Under the pieces are notes generated by a model. That model ran no database searches. It had not been told where the DNA came from and saw only the letters and a program-made list of their open reading frames with translations. A stretch of 64,000 bases of DNA from assembly GCA_015657505.1 (NCBI GenBank), contig JADLKE010000002.1, forward strand, positions 190,067-254,066, in the 5' to 3' direction. Positions 62,475 through 64,000 of this stretch are shown here, piece by piece. A program made the translations under genes and the position numbers. Source of the DNA: Ignavibacteria bacterium (lineage in GTDB: Bacteria; Bacteroidota; Ignavibacteria; Tepidaquicellales; Tepidaquicellaceae). Position 1 is the stretch's first letter. Each line of letters starts with the position of its first letter.

Positions 62475-64000
62475 TTATTTTATTAATAGCATTTTTTTAA
62501 TTTCAAAGTACTGTTCTGTCTTTAATACATAAAAGTATACTCCGCTCGACAGATTGCCCGAATTGAACATAACGATATAATCCCCCGCGCTCTGATATCC
62601 GCTTGCCAGCGTCCTTACTTCCCTGCCGAGCATATCATATACTTTCAGATTCACATCCGAGTTCTTCGGAATGGAATAAGATATTCTCGTCGCCGAGTTG
62701 AATGGATTGGGATAGTTCTGAGAAAGTCTGAAGACCGAAGGCGATTCATTTTCATTAATGCCTATAGATGATTTCACCAGAAAATTTATGCACCAATTCG
62801 ACAGCGTTCCCTGGCTGCCCGGCGCGGCGTCGAGAATCCTGAATATCCAGTACCCTGCAACGGGCAGATTTGCCAACCCTGTTAACGGATTCTGCGGTCT
62901 GTAAGGACCTGAAAAAGGCGGTGAACCCTGTGTTATAGACAATGAAGCATTGTCGTCAAATGTTGTATTGAAATAGTTGCTTCCGCCCTCTCCGTTTCTG
63001 CTGCTGAGCGTTATAGTTCCTGTACCGGCGTTCATCAACATTAATACCAAATCCCCGTCGTTCGGATGATACAAAGACAAATTGACAGTTCCTTTCACGA
63101 TATATCCGGGATAATTCACATAAATGCTGTCTGTTGTCAGTGAGTTGTCAAGAATCGGCTTCGGAAGAGTGACGGAACAGGAATTTTTCGTAGAAAATAT
63201 TTCGTAGTAGAACAAATTTGGAGGCGGAGTTGTCCCCGGAGGATTTATTCCCACGCCGCCTTCGGGAAGCGTCTTTACGTAAGCGCCGCCGGAATCCTGT
63301 GCCGCCAGATAATAATAAATCTTAGTACCCGAAGGAAAACCGGGAATATGGAATTTGTACTGAGTCTGGTTTACCTCGTATGCCTGAACGTATGAGAAGG
63401 GATTTCCGGTCGTCTTATAATAAAGCCGGGGCGCGTTCATACCTGTCTGCGAAGAAAAATCGATTGCCGCAACAGCCGTTCTCTGACTTGTATCCGTTGA
63501 AGAATTAAGCGGTACGTGTTCGATGAAAGGAATTAGTGAATCAATTATCGTCGCATAAACCTCGCACATGTGGTATTGTGCCAGCGGTCTCGGCCAAACG
63601 GGCCGTACTTTGTTGTTATAAGCCTCTATGCCAATGTATTCTCCTAAATAGAAAGCATTTATAATATTTGTAGTGCTTATCTTGATATTTTTAAAAGTAT
63701 TTCCGCCGTCGGTCGAACGCGCAACGTAAGCGTTCGAAACAGTAGACGGATTGTTTCTCGTATCAAGAAAAACAATCCAGACATACCCGGTTGCCATATC
63801 AACATTTATCCAGGGGAGTCTCTGGTCATTTCCCGGACCGTCATTGTTCACTCTTAAAGGCACGCTCCAGGTATTACCCTGATTTGTTGATTTCACAAGC
63901 CATATATCCCTGTCGTTCTCTCCGTTTCTCTGGTCGGCAAAACAGATATAAATCGTACCTCTGTAGGGTGAATTGGAAATATCGCAAGCCATTACGGGTG
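62475..64000 (-). CDS. BNR/sialidase-like propeller + P-domain + T9SS CTD protein; N-terminus beyond window end
   Basis: The ORF is open to base 64000. Asp-box motifs are KSTNQGNTW and RSTDGGNTF. The C-terminal ~330 aa are paralogous to 60475..62456. Confidence 0.75.
   Translation of the reverse strand, partial: PVMACDISNSPYRGTIYICFADQRNGENDRDIWLVKSTNQGNTWSVPLRVNNDGPGNDQRLPWINVDMATGYVWIVFLDTRNNPSTVSNAYVARSTDGGNTFKNIKISTTNIINAFYLGEYIGIEAYNNKVRPVWPRPLAQYHMCEVYATIIDSLIPFIEHVPLNSSTDTSQRTAVAAIDFSSQTGMNAPRLYYKTTGNPFSYVQAYEVNQTQYKFHIPGFPSGTKIYYYLAAQDSGGAYVKTLPEGGVGINPPGTTPPPNLFYYEIFSTKNSCSVTLPKPILDNSLTTDSIYVNYPGYIVKGTVNLSLYHPNDGDLVLMLMNAGTGTITLSSRNGEGGSNYFNTTFDDNASLSITQGSPPFSGPYRPQNPLTGLANLPVAGYWIFRILDAAPGSQGTLSNWCINFLVKSSIGINENESPSVFRLSQNYPNPFNSATRISYSIPKNSDVNLKVYDMLGREVRTLASGYQSAGDYIVMFNSGNLSSGVYFYVLKTEQYFEIKKMLLIK

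Noticed and set aside
1-64000. Prophage, IS element, integrase, toxin-antitoxin or recognisable defence system (RM, CBASS, retron and similar).
   Set aside because: None of the translated ORFs shows transposase, integrase, phage structural or known defence-domain signatures. The only mobile-looking item is the small GxxExxY cassette.

Overview
This is a gene-dense 64-kb chromosomal window with about 60 protein genes and one tRNA. I recognise no rRNA, CRISPR array, transposase, integrase or phage genes.

**Likely lineage (inference only).** Seven complete secreted proteins end in the 'xQNYPNPFNP...' type-IX-secretion (T9SS) C-terminal sorting domain (CTD). Genes also carry clear Shine-Dalgarno sites, for example AAGGAG before hsp20. 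Together this suggests an FCB-group organism resembling Ignavibacteria or Melioribacter.

**Housekeeping blocks.**
- hsp20-dnaK.
- tRNA-Leu(CAG)-recJ-yebC-ruvC-ruvA-ppa.
- nuoA-nuoB at 16 kb and, 30 kb away, nuoC-D-E-F.
- The uxs/ugd/galE UDP-sugar genes.
- An acyl-CoA synthetase, a histidine ammonia-lyase homolog and an NRAMP-family transporter.

**Accessory content.**
- An islet at 6.5-10.2 kb with a PEP-mutase-like gene, three tandem RibD_C/DHFR-like paralogs, a DUF1801 gene and a SnoaL-like gene.
- Many secreted peptidases (2x M1, C25, 2x M28) and beta-propeller proteins.

**Most interesting observations.**
1. An uninterrupted minus-strand array runs 42282->30073, followed by a C25 peptidase at 29681->26478. 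It joins two PorV/PorQ-like barrels, a propeller protein with a CTD-like tail and a lipoprotein to an Arn/Vim-like amino-sugar glycolipid operon (ArnT-like GT-C, FemAB-like transferase, split ArnA, amidohydrolase, GT, Wzx). I read this as a candidate T9SS cargo-anchoring island.
2. A 459-bp GxxExxY cassette bounded by 28-bp inverted repeats sits between nuoE and nuoF, and related solo repeats occur elsewhere.
3. An NRMT-like NRAMP (DAGG/APW instead of DPGN/MPH) is translationally coupled to a soluble PRC-MgtE_N-CBS protein.
4. A HAL homolog has Ala-Cys-Gly as its MIO tripeptide.
5. There are mosaic repeat/hairpin spacers, an orphan CTD tail, and a sharply bounded gene-conversion-like patch between neighbouring CTDs.

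**Caveat.** Three genes are broken by one missing base in a 5-6 nt homopolymer near their 5' ends. This looks more like systematic assembly error than biology.
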